The notes beneath the pieces were generated by a model. It saw only the letters and a program-made list of their open reading frames with translations. It did not search any database and was not told the origin of the DNA. Both the position numbers and the translations under genes were made by a program. DNA of 64,000 nt from an uncultured Actinomycetes bacterium (GTDB lineage Bacteria > Actinomycetota > Thermoleophilia > UBA2241), in NCBI GenBank assembly GCA_963709345.1, contig CAVPVX010000002.1:128001-192000 (forward strand), written 5' to 3'. Positions 62,883-64,000 of the stretch are shown here, one piece after another (position 1 is the stretch's first letter; every line of letters begins with the position of its first letter).

Positions 62883-64000
62883 TCAGGCCTCCTTGAGCGC
62901 GGCGATGCTCGCCTCGACGGCGGCCGCGTCCGAGTTCGTGTCGGCCGCCAGGAAGGCGATGTCGTCGGCGGTCGGCGCGTAGCCGTCGGGCGTCTGCTTC
63001 AACGCGTTGCGCACGTAGCTCTTACGCATTCGGGCAACGTCGAAGTCCTTGGCCTGGATCTGCTCCGGACGCTCGGGGATGACGATGACCTTGCCCGGCA
63101 CGTTCTCCGTCGGATCGCCGCTGCGCACCTCCACGCCCATCTCCCTGGCGAAGTTGAGCTGCGCCCAGTGGTGCTTGCCGGCGCCGGTGTACTCGGTCTC
63201 CTGAACGACCACCGTGTCGTCACGCGGCAGGTCGCGGGCCAGGCTCACCGCCGCGGTCATGGCGGTGTTGCCCGCAGGGCCGCGTTCCAGTCCCTCGATC
63301 TTGCTCATCGCCTCGGTGATGTAGAAGACCTCGCCCTGCGTCACCGTCAGGTAGCGGTCGATGTAGCGCAGCGAGCGGGCCGCGTTGCGCGGCACGTCGG
63401 CACGGTCGGGCCAGGTGGCGAACGGCACGCCGAAGCCGGTGTGGCCGGTGGTGAAGCTCTTGCGGTTGAAGTCGTCGTCGCTGGCCATGTGCAGGCCGCT
63501 GAGGTCGACGGAGGCGCTGATGATCTGCGTGTCGGTGGCGCCGGCGCGCTTGAGACCGCGAGCCGTGCCGGTGGTGTTGCCGCCGCCGGCGTGGGTGATC
63601 ACGCAGTGAGTCGGCGGCGCCCCGGTGAGCGCCGTCATCTCCTCGGCGATCTCGAGACCCAGGGTCTCGATGCCGCTCACCCCGAACGAGCTGTAGAGCG
63701 AGGCGGCGAAGTAGCCCGTGACGTCGAGCAGTTCGACCATGTGGAAGAAGAGCTCGGGGCCGACCGTCAGCTGAAGCACTTCCGCACCGAACGCCTCGCA
63801 GATCCGGCTCTTCTCGACGATCTCCGGCTGGCCGATGTGGCGGCTGTCGAAGGTCTCCTGGACGATGATGCACTTGAGACCGTAGCGCGCCGCCTGACTG
63901 CTCACGGCAGCGCCGTAGTTGCCCGACGTGGCGGCGATGACGCCCTCGTAGCCCTTCTCCTTGGCGACGTGGATGCTCACGCTGGCGCGGCGGTCCTTGA
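62883..64000 (-). CDS. ortB: 2-amino-4-ketopentanoate thiolase beta subunit; 5' end outside window
   Basis: KDRRAS, ATSGNYG, HAGGGN, FNRKSFTTGHTG, ERGPAGN, QETEYTGAGKH. Confidence 0.94.
   Translation of the reverse strand, partial: KDRRASVSIHVAKEKGYEGVIAATSGNYGAAVSSQAARYGLKCIIVQETFDSRHIGQPEIVEKSRICEAFGAEVLQLTVGPELFFHMVELLDVTGYFAASLYSSFGVSGIETLGLEIAEEMTALTGAPPTHCVITHAGGGNTTGTARGLKRAGATDTQIISASVDLSGLHMASDDDFNRKSFTTGHTGFGVPFATWPDRADVPRNAARSLRYIDRYLTVTQGEVFYITEAMSKIEGLERGPAGNTAMTAAVSLARDLPRDDTVVVQETEYTGAGKHHWAQLNFAREMGVEVRSGDPTENVPGKVIVIPERPEQIQAKDFDVARMRKSYVRNALKQTPDGYAPTADDIAFLAADTNSDAAAVEASIAALKEA

Overview
High-GC bacterial chromosome segment. The gene content (GAAC-N4-GTTC SOS boxes, actinobacterial-type RNase E, full mreBCD-pbp2-rodA operon, B12 enzymes) suggests an anaerobic, deep-branching actinobacterium (Thermoleophilia/Coriobacteriia-like); this is inference. 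1-33.8 kb is a minus-strand housekeeping run: tRNAs, tig-clpP-clpX-lon, valS-folC, ndk-maf-mreBCD-pbp2-rodA, radical SAM pair, rne, rplU-rpmA-obgE, proB-proA, nadD-yqeK-rsfS and dinB. 33.9-41.4 kb holds a tRNA array split by a CarH-like B12-binding protein/ABC transporter operon and an M28 peptidase, a translationally coupled lexA-Zn ribbon-LysM operon with two SOS boxes, and an exported protein with a TNT/ADP-ribosyltransferase-like C-terminus. 41.4-49.1 kb is the most interesting part, a frameshift-rich acetate uptake/sensing locus. It encodes an apparent PHP-TM-Cache-TM-PAS-PAS-CBS-DUF294 nucleotidyltransferase fusion, a SatP channel apparently fused to a globin-like (RsbR-N-like) domain, and DUF485-actP. 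50-64 kb has a protein O-mannosyltransferase, an IS256 remnant, a racemase, an ATP-grasp gene, ornithine carbamoyltransferase, gene remnants, a DUF4405-Tat-ferredoxin gene with phased 11-bp operator repeats, and the B12-dependent ornithine oxidation genes ortB-oraS-oraE-glmL. No CRISPR array or rRNA was seen. All family assignments come from motif recognition by eye, not database searches.
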